Shown: piece by piece, positions 13,041 through 48,700 of the stretch
Position numbering within the stretch: the stretch's first letter is position 1
How the letters are laid out: each line of letters opens with the position of its first letter
Assembly: GCF_016432865.1 (NCBI RefSeq)
Contig: NC_067402.1
Location: 217,434,001 to 217,498,000 of the forward strand
DNA: 64,000 nucleotides
Direction: 5' to 3'
Source of the DNA: Antechinus flavipes
Lineage: Eukaryota
Notes under the pieces: generated by a model
Database searches by the model: none
What the model was told of the DNA's origin: nothing
The model's input: the letters and a program-made list of their open reading frames with translations, nothing else
Program-made: the position numbers and the translations under genes

Positions 13041-13136
13041 CCTGGGCAGAGAGCTGTTCTGTGGCTGTGGAGGAGTTGGGTAATTACTACATCCTACTCA
13101 CGGTGAGACAGGAATCTAGTCTGGGGAAAAGACCAG
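13030..13136 (+). other. AVIL: putative non-coding first exon of AVIL (start approximate)
   Basis: Consensus donor CAG|GTAAGG at 13136/13137. The ATG-containing exon has its own acceptor (TTTTAGTTTAG|TCCTGAG at 15913/15914), which implies an upstream UTR exon. Confidence 0.55.
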
Positions 13137-15519
13137 GTAAGGCTGGTTTAGTTTATTGGTAAATTATCGTATACAAATCTTGAAAGATTTAAATTATTTT
13201 TCTTGTTTGTAGTTCTTAGAAGATTGTAATAAAGGGTAAAGAATGAACTGGATTACTGATAAGACATATGGAACAAGTTCAGGCGAGGATGGGCAGAACT
13301 GTGAGAGGATTCCTTGAGTCTTCCAGCTCTGTTGGAGACAGATGGGGTGGGTGAAGTAATGGGAGGAGACACCCATAATCCAGTTTAATATATAAAGCTA
13401 TCTCTCCAGTTTAGGACACTGATTTTTAATGCTGCACTTCCAATCCCCTGGATATCTGCTTTATCACAAGAATTACTGCAGATGGTTCAAAACAAAATGA
13501 AATTCAATTAAATACTATGTATGTACTAAGTAACTTACGTCAGGAAGTTGCCTTGTTGTGGGGTTAGGTGGAGTAGGCAGAAATCATGGGCTTCAAGAAT
13601 TCTAGATTTAAAAATTGAATTGTTGGTACAATTTCATCTTGAAAGTCCTTCCTTGAAAATGGGTGGAAGGATTAGGAAGGAGTCACAGGGATTAGCAATA
13701 GAAGTAGAAATTTCAAATGCATGTGGCTAAAAGGAATAAATCAGGAGTTTGAAAATACTCCTTTCAAAAACTTTGACTCTGCTTTGACCTTAGAAACCTT
13801 CATTCCTAATTTAGTTGGTTTGGTTTTTATAAAGGTTCCCATTTCCTCCATTCCCAGAGCAAGTTATATAGTAATTTGCCATTAGTGAAAGAGGGCTGAA
13901 GGTGGAAGCAGTTATTTTGAGAACAGGACAGAAAACCAACCACTCTGGTCCTTCCCCAGGTTCCTTCACAGAGACTATTACTGAGGCTACTAGGACTCTG
14001 AGCTTAACATTTGCCTTCTGAAAGCAAAGGATGATTCCAAATAGAAGCAGGACCAACTCTCAGTAGAATATGTTGTTCATGTCATTTTTAGTTTGCTAAA
14101 GAGTTGGCTTTGTTACTTTTGGAGCTAGATTTGCAGATGAAAAAAATTAAGCCTCTTCTGTCTGTCTCCCTACTCATATTTATTTTGGGGGATGGTGGGG
14201 AGGGGGGGGCGGATAGTGAGGAATAAAGCACTTAAAAGAGAAAGAAAAATACTTCATACCTGCTACTTACAAGGTATTAGGTCCAGGATAAACACTATGC
14301 AAAATGGTGCAGGTCAAGTTACCTAGTGACTCCTTTGCTTCTGTTTTTCATCACCATCCATCCTCTGACCTAAAGCAAAAGCAGAGAAAAGAGCTCACTA
14401 TTTGAAGGGTTATGCTCTTTCTCAAAAGCTTTCCCTAGAACACTACTTCTCCGAACCTGGTTTCCGAGATAAATGATAAAGAAAATTATCCAATTAGGTT
14501 TTCTCATGATACCCCATCCCATCATCGATTGCAAGAGTCTATAATGATCCCTGTAGGGTTTCTTTTCCTTTAGTGTGTAGTGTATTTATTTATAAACTCT
14601 ATCATCCTATTTCTTTGCTGTTTGTAGATGAGAAGGAATTATCTCCTATTTCTCTCAGTGGTAACATGTTAGATCACAAGTTTAAATGTCAAACCCATGT
14701 CTTTATATTTAAAAATACAAAATTAGGTGTGGGTGCTTAATAAAATAATAAGCAAGTACATATAACAAGAATACTTTGCTTCAACCCAGGGCCAAATATC
14801 TGGCTGGAGCCAAAAAAGAAACTCAAAAAGGAGATGGAGTTAGCTATCCTCACATTTTGAGCACCTCATCCCTACAACCCAGGTGGCTTGGGCTGAATTT
14901 ACACTTTTCAGAAGACTAAGAACGCACCCCATACTTGCCTGCTTCTTGCACCTGGGGCCTTTTGTCCTTTGCCCAGCCCTGCCATTTTGTTTCTCTTTCA
15001 TTCATTCCCTTTTCATTCATGGGGCACAGGGAATCTTTTATGACTCAAACAAGCATACATAGCTTTTGTTTGGTTTTTTTAAAAATTCAGTGAAAGGAGT
15101 CAGAGAGAACAATTAACTGCCATTTATTTACACTGCAGTTGTATAGTTTACAAAGTGCTCTCTTCATGAGCCAACTTTTAACGTAGAAGTACAAGTATTA
15201 TCCTCTTTCTTTTGCCGATGAGGAAACCCAGACTCACACACTGTCACTATAGTTAAAGTGGCAAGTTTCCTGACTTCTTCAGACCCTGCACTGTTCTTCT
15301 ACCCCACTGACTTCTTAATGGAAGAATAGGGAAAATAAGCAACTTCAAGGCATGATATGGAGAGGGGAGAGGAAAGAACTATTTTGAACTTAATTTCTGG
15401 ATAGCATCTGAAATCTCTTTTGGTGCCCCCACTGAATTCAGACAAGACTTTAAAGGGAAAAGAGGTAAGAAAAAGAACAGAAATGGAAATTGGGATTCCA
15501 GAGGTCAGCCAACTCATTG

Positions 15520-15730
15520 TGAGACTTTGAACAAGTCATTTCTTCACCAGAAACAGCCATTCAAATCCCCTCTTGGACACTTGGTTGCAGTGTGGCCATA
15601 GTTCATTTAGTTTTTTCAGTCTCAGTTTCCTCATCTGTAAAATAGGGATAATCCTTATAGTACCTACTTCACAGAATTGTCCTAAAAATTAAATGAGACA
15701 GTGTCCATTATTTTGTAAACCTCATAATAA
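15520..15730 (+). mobile_element. MIR SINE
   Basis: CTCAGTTTCCTCATCTGTAAAATAGGGATAAT...TACCTACTTCACAGAATTGT core. Confidence 0.65.
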
Positions 15731-15932
15731 AAATGTCATACTGTTACTGTTCTCCTCATCTGTGAAATGGTCAGGTATGTCCCACAAGGATATAGAAGAA
15801 TAAACTACGTGGCTGGAAAAAAATACCAAAAATGGTTCAGAAGAAAAATACTGCATAAGTATTCAGTGTTGGATGCCTCATTACACCTTTTCCTCAGTTA
15901 CATTTTAGTTTAGTCCTGAGAAGACAAACACC

Positions 15933-37503
<21,571 letters not shown>

Positions 37504-38104
37504 ATGGAAGCGAATGCCTATTTGAGGTCATACTAGAGAACAGATAGTGCCAATTATGGGGAAAGAAATTATCTGTTTAGCACAATGTACTTGGCTACTT
37601 ATAGAAGCAAGAATTTTGCAGAGTGCAGTATGTTACCTAGAATGAGTATCTCTGCCATTATTTAATTGTTTGAGTACATATAGTAACTATCATTCTGATT
37701 TCTGCATGAATTTAGAAAAACCAAAGCAGAAAAACATAGACATTAAGTTATATAGTTCATCTATCAAACTTTTCAAACCTAAAATATTATCATGGGGGCA
37801 ACAGTTTAATTTTGGTGTTCAGATAGCAACATCGTTAATCTAAAAAAAGGGGGCAATTCAAAAGTCATTGAAATCTGTAAACAATTTTCATACACTTCCT
37901 GGTAACTCTCAGACATCTTTTCAAATCAAGGCCTCTCTCCAAGATGAGGGAATGTTATCAACATCCTTATTTGCTCATATGACAAATACAGCATATATTT
38001 CATACGTGTGGAATGTTTTTGTACCAGGGAGTTTGGGTGGTAGGAATGAGAATATAGCAGTATCTACTGGAATGTAACAAAGTTTGCCCATTAGCTGTCT
38101 AAGA

Positions 38105-38110
38105 AATAAA
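38105..38110 (+). terminator. candidate AVIL polyadenylation signal
   Basis: First clear AATAAA I found, ~600 nt after the AVIL stop codon. Confidence 0.4.
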
Positions 38111-39615
38111 CATCTTGGCCATACCAAAAGATTCAAGCAAGAAAAATGCCTTTTAAGGACAACTAAATGGCACAGGAGATAAAGCACCAGCCCTGAAGTC
38201 AAGAAAGAGGCCATTTGATGTTCATTTCTGTAACAAGTCCAATGTCACATAAGCACATGGGCCACTAGAGACTATCTTCAAAAGATGCCATAAACATCCA
38301 CAAGTGAGCATTTTCCAGCAAACTGTATTTTTAATTCGTTTCAAATAGAAAGGAATCCTAAGTTTTAACACAAATTATATTTTCATTAGTCTCTGATGAC
38401 ATAACTTCTATAAACAGCTAAATCTGTAACCTTAGAGGTTGATGCAAATTATAAACAAAGATAGCAAAATTGTTCTCCCGTCCTCCACAGAGCTGCCAAA
38501 CTGCTTTTCTCAAAGCACGTATCCAATCACATGATATTTCTACTTAAATCTCCCATCACCTCTAAAACAAAACACAAAAAGGTCAGCCTGCCAATGAAGA
38601 GCCCATGAAGTTCCCACCCACCTTTCCAAATGTTATTTCTTACTATTCCAGAAATATGACATTCCCCAAACTAAATTGGACTATTAGCTATTCTGATTTG
38701 ACATGTTATCTGCAATCTCTCTTTTCAGATTTTCAAAGCTAAATGGCATCTGAACATCTGAAACCCCTTTAAGATAATATAATCACAGTACAAATTGTCC
38801 TTTTGTTCTACTTCACTCCACAGTAGTTCAGTCTTTTCAGATTTTTCTGAATCTGACATGCAGAGAAAGAAAAGTATTAAGATGTACTCCAACCCTACCT
38901 CTGCCACTTAGAATCCTAAATGACTCTACTCAGGGTACTACCTACTACAAGAAGTCTTTCCCAAGTCCCTCCAGATCCCTAGTTGTTGGTACAACTTTGC
39001 AGTTACCTTGTGTGTAATCATTAAAGCTCTGATCATCTGGGCCAAAATGTAATCTATACCCTGCCACCCCCACTCAAAACAAAACTAAACAAAACAAAAA
39101 ACTCCACAAAAGCTCCAAGACAGCAATGGTTTCCTCTTTTTTGTCTCTGTATCCTCAGCACCTAGTATATGGTCATGCACAGTTAACCTTAGCAGAGGTA
39201 AATTAGGATAACTATGAGTTAAAATGGAAGAGAAAGCTCTGGAAGCCCACAAAAAGATGTTACCTGAACTTAAAGTGAATAGATTTAATGAGGTGAAGAA
39301 GAGAGCACCTTGGAATATTTCTGGCAAGCTTCCTTTAAGATATTTGCTTGGGGAAATTTACTGGAGCCAAAATGAATGGAAATGGCCAGGGGAAAAGCAG
39401 AATTAAAACACACAAAGGTCATGATTTCACTGAATGTAAGAGATAAGCAATTCCAAGTCAAAAGGCTTCACATTCCCAATATAGCTACATGTTCTTTAAT
39501 GGGCTCAGTGAGGGGTTGTCATTGTCATAGTGATTGAAATTCACAATGTAAAAAGCTAAACCCACAATCTTAACAAACATGGAAGAAGGCAAGATTCTCT
39601 AAGGAGGAAAGTATC

Positions 39616-39621
39616 TTTATT
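39616..39621 (-). terminator. candidate TSFM polyadenylation signal
   Basis: TTTATT on + (AATAAA on -), ~150 nt downstream of the TSFM stop. Confidence 0.5.
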
Positions 39622-39767
39622 TAGCGCTCCTACATTGAATAATCTTTTAATCTTTTCAGTTTTACCATAAAATCAGTTGTATTACTGAAACAATAATTAA
39701 ACCAGTCTTCTCAGAATGTGGAGTGACTCAGTTAATATATTTTTAAGGTCCAAAATGTCCAGGAAGC

Positions 39768-42700
39768 CTATTCTGTTTTTGCAGTCCCTAAATCTTCTCC
39801 ACATTCAAACCTCAAAAAATCTATCACAGACACACCCTGGGGCTTTACATATTGCCCCAACGTGATGCTAGGATCCAGCAGATAGGGCTGGGCAAGCATC
39901 CTTGTTTCTTCTTCTCCACTAGGCTCATCTTCCATTGAGCCTACAGACAAAGGAGCCATTCCCACGACATGCTGACCAAGTCGGCGGCCAAGGTCTTCAA
40001 GGTTCGATTTCTCTTCAGATGTCTGGCAGATGACTAATGCACCATATTTCCCAAGCACCATGTTACTGAGAGAGGGACTGTGCACCACTCCATGTACATA
40101 AGAACCAATGTAGAATCCATTTGGTACAGTCACCCATGCAGCTCGCTTAAGAGTCAAATTTTCTCCCAGTTTGCCTGCAGAAAAACAAACAAGCAGAGCT
40201 ATCAAAAGCATCACATACACAGAAGAGATTTCTACATGTTTTGCACAGATGGCCACTCAAACCTGGAATATGTTCTCCTTACTTCTATCTAGCAGAACTC
40301 CTAGCCTTCTTTAAAATTTGGTTCAGGTACCACCTCTGAGGCAAAGCTTTTCCTGAAATTATCACCTCACCTACATTAAAGAGTCTCTTATTCTCTTGAA
40401 ATCACCTTTGGTGTGATTTTATATCATTAAGAAAAAGAAAGAATGAGATGAGGCATTTTTCTCTTTTCAGGTTAGAAACTTTCACCAAATAGTAGATCAA
40501 TCAAAGGAAATAAAATGGCTAACTTTCATGACATAAAACTGAAAAGAAATTACCAAAATCAATATAATAAGAATTAAAAGAGAAGTAGTTGGCTGGAGCA
40601 AAATTTTTGCATCAAATTTCTCTAAAGCATGAAACATAAAGAACTAATGTAGATATATAATGATCCGTTAAAAGATTAATCAGTCAAAAAAATACTTCTT
40701 AAAAAAAGAAATATAAACAATAGACAACTATGTCTAAAGATAAGTAAATTAAAGCTAATAAGTGCTACCATCTCACTTCCATCAGATTAAGGAAAGTGAC
40801 AAAAAAAAAAAAAAGGAAAGACAATTGTTAATGGATTTATACAACAGGCACACAATATTACTGGTGAAACTGGAATTAGTCATACTATTCTGGAAAGCAA
40901 TATGGAATTAAACTATGACTTCTGAACCAGAGATATCAATATTATATACACATTCTTTAAAAAGCTGAAAGAGAGGGGGAAAAAAACATGTACAAAAACA
41001 TTTAAAGCAGCATTTTTGTGGTTGTAAAGAGCTGGAAAAAAGATGCAAGCGCTCCCCTTTTTTGGTGCTTTTCAGTAGTATTTTATTTTTCCGATTACAT
41101 GTTAAGATAATTTTCAACATTCATGTTTGTGAGACTTTGATTTTCAAATTTTCTCTCTTTTTCCCTTATATATCCCTCCTCCCCAAGACAGCAAACAAAC
41201 TGATATAGGTCATACATAAACAATCATTTTAAACATATGTCCATATTAAGTCATGTTGTGAAAGAAAAGTCAAAACAAAAGGGGAAAACCACAAGAAAAA
41301 GCAAACTTCCAAAAATAAAAATAGTATGTTTGATCCAAATGCAATTTCCATAGTTCTCTCTCTGGATGCAGATGGCATTTTTCATCCAAAGTCTATTATA
41401 ATTACTTTGGTTTACTGTATTGCTGAGAAGAACTAAGTCTATCAAAGTTGATCATCACACAATGTTGCTGTAATGTGTACCAACTTTTCCTGATTCTGCT
41501 CACTTCATTTAGCATCAGTTCTTTTACAACTGAGTCACTCCAGCAGCACCAGTCTTTCTGAAATCAGCTTGCTCATTTTTTATATTCCTATGATGTAAGA
41601 ACTTATTCAATCATTCCTCAATTAATGGGCATCCATTCAATTTCCAATTCCTTATTATCACAAAAAAAGAGCTTTTACATCTTTTTGTGGGGGGGAGGGG
41701 ACATCTTTTATGATCTCTTTGGGATACAGATCTAGTAGGGACACTGCTGGATCATAAAGTGCAACTTTATAATATAATTTTTAAGTCTGTTATAGCCAGG
41801 CAACTTTCCTTTGCTTTTCTTTTTTTCTTTCATTAATCCCTTAACATTCTTGACCTTTTGTTCTGTGAAAGTCCATTAACTGACAAATATCTGAACAAAT
41901 GATAGTATATGAATGTAATGGAATATTGTGCATCACCAGAAATCCCCAAAGGGGCAGATTTAAAGAAACCTGGGGGGGAGGGAGAGAGGGGAACCTTACA
42001 TGAACTAATGTTCACCAAAATAAACACAGCCAAAGAAAAATTTATACAATGATTATAATACCATAAAGGCAAACAATTTGGAAATACTAAAAAACTAGAT
42101 TAATGAAATCACCACTCCAGAAGACTAAGGATACTAGCTTCCTATCTCTTAGCAAAGAATGATAGACCATAAGTGCTGAATGAGACGTAACATTTTAAGA
42201 TATGTCCTATGTGGCATATCTTTTCTTGCTTGTCTATACTTATTTCTTATAAGGGAAAGATTTCATGGAAAAAAAGAAGAAGCTGTTGAGGGAACAGAAT
42301 GAGGTGGAGGGGAAGGGAAAGGATACATGGAGTGACAAAGATACAAAAAAAGAGATTATCAATTAAACATTTAAAATACACAAAACAAGAGTAGCAGGAA
42401 AAAACAAAAAAGCGTTTTTAGTGCTCTTTCCCTCTTGAAATAACATAATGATCACACCACTTAAAGACAGAAAATGAGAAATTTTCAAAACTATGGTTAA
42501 AGGAAGAAGAATTCTTAAACAAAAGATAGACAAGATTATCTTAGACAATTCTGACTATATAAAACTTAAGCTTCTGAACAAATAAAATTAATGAAAAATT
42601 AGAAAATATTAGAATATGAAAAAGTATACATAAAATATTACCTAGGTCTCATAACCAAAATACATATGGAAGTGACACAAATACATAATATGAAAAATTC

Positions 42701-45700
42701 CCTAATAACAGGTATTGACAAATGAGTCCACAAGCCAAATCTGGCCTATCTCGGTTTTTGTACAGCCCACTAGTCAAGAATAGTTTTTAGTTTCTTAAAG
42801 AAAATTTTATTGTATTTTAAAATGTATTAGTTATATTTGACTCAAATTCATAAGAATACAAACCATTCCCCAATTTATAAATGGTCAAAAGATATGAACG
42901 ATTTTCAGAGGAAGAAATTAAAGCTATTTCTAATCATATCAAAAAGTATTCTAAATCACTTTTGATTAGAGAAATGCAAATTAAGACAACTCTGTGGTAA
43001 GCTAAGATGACAGGAAAATATAATGATAAATGTTGGAGGGGATGTGGGAAAACTGTAACACCATTATATCACTGGTGATCCAATCACTCTAGAGAACAAT
43101 TTAGAATTATGCCCAAAGAGTTATCAAATTGTGTATACCCTCTAATCTAGCACTTTTTCTAGTGGATCTATATCCTAAAGAGATCATAAAAGAGGAAAAT
43201 GTATTGTGGCAGCCCTTTTTGTAGTGGCAAGGGACAGGAAACTAAGCGGATGCCTATCAGTTGGGGAATGGCTGATTAAGTTATGGTATATGAATGTTAT
43301 GGAATATTATCATTCCATAAAAAATGATGTGCAAGCTGATTTCAGAAAAACCTGAACTTATATGAATTGATACTAAGTGAAGTAAGTAGAACCAAGAGAA
43401 CCATTGTATACAATAACAAGATTGTAATGATCAACTGTGACGGACATGGTTCTTTTCAACAATGAGATGATTCAAGGCAATTCCAATAGACTTGTGATGG
43501 AGAGAGTCATCTGCATCCAGAGAGAGGAGTATGGGAACTGAATGTGGATCAAAGCATAGCAAAGCATAATATTTTCACCTTTTTTTTTCTTTGGCAGTAG
43601 TGATCTTTGCTTGGTTTTTTTGGTAATTTTTCCCCCTTTTGATCTGATTTTTCTAATGATGCATAATGAATATGGAAATAAGTTTAAAAGAATTGCATAT
43701 ATTTAACTTATAGTGGATTGCCTGCTGTGTAGAAGGGAGAGAAGGAGAAAAAAATGTTAATTGAATGGATATGCCACAAAAAACTAGGCATGACTTATAT
43801 AAACTATTGCAATGTGAAGAGAGCAAAGCCAAGAGAATATCATATAAAGTAAAAGCAATATTTTAACAATGATCAATTGTGAAAGACTTAGCTATTCTGA
43901 CCAATTCAATCATCCAAGACAATTCCAAAAGACTAAAGATGAAAAATGATTATCTCCAGAGATAAAAACTGATGGAATTCTGAATGGAGCATGACACATA
44001 TCTTCCCCCTCACCCCCGCACTTAGCCCTTTTTTTTTTTTTTTTTTTTTGGACAACATAGCTATTATAGAAATATATTTTCATGACTTCACATAGCAAAA
44101 ATTCCAGAAAATCCCAAACTTCATTTTACCCAACAGTTTCGATATATGTTTTCCAATAAAAAATTTTTTCCCCAAAGTTACTAACAAACCTTTTATCAAT
44201 ATTACTCTCTAAAGAAGAAACAAAAGAACCAAAGGAGAGAAAGAGATGGAAAGCAAAGAGATTAGTTCTTATTCATTCAAGAAAACATAAATATACATAA
44301 ATATCTACAACAGAGAATTATACCTTAAGGGTATTTTTAAAAAAGAGAGATATCCAGAAATGAAAACAATTCAAGAAATCTACTTAATAGTTACAGTAAT
44401 TCCCCAGAAAAAAAGACAAAGTTAAAAAAAACCCAGATTCTTCCAGAATTACTTAACAAACCCCCACACTTCTGCCTAACCTGGTTCCTGATATGACTCA
44501 TTAATAGTTTGCAGACAGTGTGAGACAATCTGGTAAAAAGAATTATTCTCACTGGCAGTAACTTCGGAGGAACAGTTGGTTTCCAGGATTCTACAACCAT
44601 CTTCCCCACACCCTTACTCCCCACAAAGGAAAAGCAAGATAAACCAAAATTCCCCTTAGTACCACAGCAATCTAGAAAAATGCTTACAATTCCCTAACTT
44701 ATCATTCTTTCCTTATAAAGAAGTGTATTGTTCAAAAAACTAGACCACTAAATGCCTATGCATTCATATATGTATAAGTTTGAATATCTTATAGTTATAT
44801 TCCCATTACTACAATTTTGATGCTTTGAGAAATTCCAAGATTTTTTTTACATAAGCCTGCCTAGTGGTAACCCCTTTTTGATTTCTATTTTCAGCTTCAG
44901 TCTGAGGTCTACTGTCAATACTCACCAATAAATAAAGTCAATTGGTCCTTAAGAGAGCCTTCTCTGTTGGGTCCAGCTCTCAGTTGAGAAAGCTCACTTG
45001 TCTCTAAAAAGCCCTGAATATCCACACAATGAAAAAAAAAGATCAATTTTGCAAAATGAAGCTTACCTGACAATATTAATCTTTTCCAAATAAAGCAACT
45101 GCAGATCTCTAAGTTTATAGTAGTACTATTATCTCTTTTATATTGGTAATATTATATATGTATAACATTTTTACATGCCAATATCTTTGGAATATGAACT
45201 ACTACTCTCAGGAAGGATTCTAACGTAATTTCAGAACTCAAATGGATCTCAGAAATCATGCAGGTCAATCCCATCACTTTATAAAAGTAAACTGGTGCCA
45301 AGAGAAGTGGAGTTGGGCCATATGACTCTTGATTCAAATTCCTTTGCCTGTGCTACATACTCTTATAAAATCCCACCTTTCTCTACATAAAGTAAATATT
45401 TTCAGTTTTCACTAACATTTTATTCCCTTTGTCTCTGTTCATAAGACAGTTTGAGACAAAAAAAAAAAAAGTGGTATGGATAATTGTTTTGTCAGTTGGA
45501 CTACATTAAGAACATGCTACAACTGCATCTTTTCTAATCTGTCTAGCAATTCCTTCCTCTTGTCATTTAGATGCAGAATCTGAATTGAATTGTGAGTGCT
45601 GGCTGACTTACCTTGCTGTATGTGGACAGCTGCTCCCTTAGACTCTGACAGTACAACATGGTTCCAAGAGCCACTTGCTGAACTAGTTGTTGAAACTTTA

Positions 45701-48700
45701 AATTTCTAGAAACGAAATCTGTCTCACAGTTCACCTATAGGCAGAAACTCATGATATAAGCAATGGTTTAGTAGCAAACTCATAAAAATGTGATGGGTTT
45801 ATTTAATACAAACTAAAGTAAAGCTAGGCTATATTTTAGACACAACTGCATCTTTCAAATTGTCATTCCCATGCCAGTGGAAGGACAGAAACTTAAGCAG
45901 TTCTTGTCATAATGGGTTGGGCAACATATGCCACTTGAGAAAATTTCTTTAGAATACTGCCAGTGATGCCTTAACTGTAAATTTATAATCAACATGGAAC
46001 TTCTCCCTTTAATTGCATTTCCTCTTTTATAAACCAATTAGCTTGTTCTCTCTTTTCTTTTTTATCTACAATAACACCAACTATTTCTATGTCTACTATC
46101 CTCTCTACATCAGCTAATCCATAAATTTATAACTTCTTCAGAAAACCCTTCAAGACTAAATAAAGAAGCACTAGATTCCTATCTTGAATTAACAATCTTG
46201 AATTAACAATTCAAACATTTACATATATATGTGTGTGTATACACACACACACACACACACACACGTGAGAAAATCAATAAAGACCTTGGCATAGAATTAA
46301 CACAAAGATCTTTAAGTCTAAGCCAGTAGCACAAAAATTCTGCAAAGTCCTACACACAATTTGGAAAGGTTTCAAGTCTAGGCCAGTGATATCTGTCACT
46401 TGTCTGTTGTCCACAGACCAAACCAACTAAATTTGAATCAGACTGGCTGAAGGGCAAGGAATTTTTTTAGCCAAAACATCCCTTCAACACAATTTGCTAA
46501 GTTATAGAGAAACTATGATTGGCAAGAGAAGAAATGACAATGATGAAGGTAAAGGTATGGAATACTTTTGTTATGAGCAAGGAACTACCTTTAATACCAA
46601 GAATACAAAGATGAAGTAGGAAACAGTGAAATGAGGGTAAAGCTAAGAATTCATCGGCAAAGAGAACTCTTAAGTGAGGAAATTCCCTCAATATAAGTAG
46701 GCCAATACATTTTCTGCAACTTATTATCTCAAGCAATTTGACCAAAGGCACAAAGTCAGTCAGAATCAGAAGTGGGACCTGAATTCCCATTCTTCTTGGC
46801 TGCAAGAGTAGCTTGCTATCACAATACTAGAGTAAAAGTGCACAGGAGAGATTCAAAATACAATGAGGGCCTCTTCAACACATTTTTGTGCATTTTTATA
46901 AAACACCATCTATCACTGAGACCCATGTCTACTAATAACTTTTGATTACTGCCTACTTTAGTTTCACTATTAGACAGCTCTTCTAGAGTTTATCACCTTT
47001 TTATGGAAAAATCAAATATTTGAGAATAAAATTCCTAGAATTGGTGCATGAGAGGGGCTCACCTCCACCATTACAGCTGAATTCCCTTCCCGTAATAATC
47101 CAATCAATCCTTCCTTAGTTTTTCTTCCCTGAAGTTTAGTAGCTTTGCTCCATCCTTCTTTCTGGGCCTGCTTATGTAACCAAACTTCTGCCTGTAGATT
47201 AAAAAAGAAAAAAACACACACACACAAAAACAGCATGTCTCATATAGAATGCTAGAGCTGCAAAATTCTAAATGTTTTGTCTTCCAATTCTCTCTGCTTC
47301 CTCTGAACCCCAAATGATTTACATGACTTCATCTGTTTAATTCATAAAATGCTTGTCTTTCTCAATGGGTGGGGTGAAGAGGTTGGAGGGAGGGAATTTG
47401 GAGCTCAAAAATAATAAAGCTGTTCCTCAAGGATGTATTATGATCATTTTACAGAGGAGAAAACAGACTCAGGGAAATTAAGTGAATTCTTTACAGATGC
47501 ACATCAAGACATATACATGATAGGTCAACCTGCCATCTGGGGGAGGAGATGGGGGAAGGAGGGGAAAAAATTGGAACAAAAGGTTTTGCAATTGTCAATG
47601 CTATAAAATTACCCATGCATATAACTTGTAAATAAAAAACTATAATAATAATAATAAGACATATGCATGTCTCCAACTACATCTCAAAAGAATTTACTAC
47701 TTGAGAGGCACAAAGGTCTTCCTACTAGGAAATTGGAGCTAGCAGTAGTTCTGAATTCAATTTTCCCTAAGCTAAGGAAGCATAAGTTTTGCTTGCTATA
47801 GTGGGTAGAGTGCTAAATTTGAAGTCAGGATACCCATTTAAATCCTGCCCTTAATCCTTACCGAGTGAACCACAACTTAGTTTCCCAGACTAAGATAAGG
47901 TGATGTGAATAAAACCCTTGGCACACTTCAGAAGGCGATATACGTTGGCGCTATTGTTTCTACTGTGGTTGTTTTCCTAGATGTGAACGCCAGCACAAAG
48001 CTCAGAACATAACAGGTTGCCTATTTATTTGTTGAATGCCTTATTGAAAGAATAAGAGGCATGGCTGGGTGACACTTCGGCCATAAAACATAACTATTAG
48101 TTAAATCAGTCGCTTAAATACTGATTAAACACAATTACCGTGGAAAAAAGGAAGAGATTCTTAAAACTTCTAAAATTTTGACAAAATACAACTGGTTTCC
48201 CTTACAATCCAATGTGTTTTATTTCATGCATTTAAAAACATTCCTCTGAGAAGGCTTAATCGTTCATTCAAATACTGTACTATGCGATGAGGATACAAAA
48301 GGAGGCAAAAGACAGTCCCTGCCCTCCAATAAATTCACCGTAAAGCCAAAGGGGTTAAAGAACCTCTTCTCTGAAACCGGAGAACTGATTTCGGATCCTG
48401 CCTCGCCCGCTGTTGCAGGTTTGGCAGTGGACAAATCCACTTCACTCCACCTAAGTGGCCAACTACGTACGAGACTGTTTAAACTCCATTAGATAGGCTT
48501 CCGTCTCCCTCCCGGTCCGAGGAGGGGCGGCCCCAAGCCTCCCTCACCTGGGCCAGATCGCCCCCGCAAGTCTCCAGCGCCTTCTTGCAATTAGTGAAGG
48601 AATAGCCGGTCCTCCGCCTCAGCTTCTTCAGCAGCTCCTTGCTGGACCCGGCCTCGGACCCCATGACTCCCGCGTGGAGGGGACGGGACCCCAGGGGCAC

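Noticed and set aside
42716-42800. Possible additional hAT-Charlie fragment
   Set aside because: Too short and decayed to define TIRs or a family.
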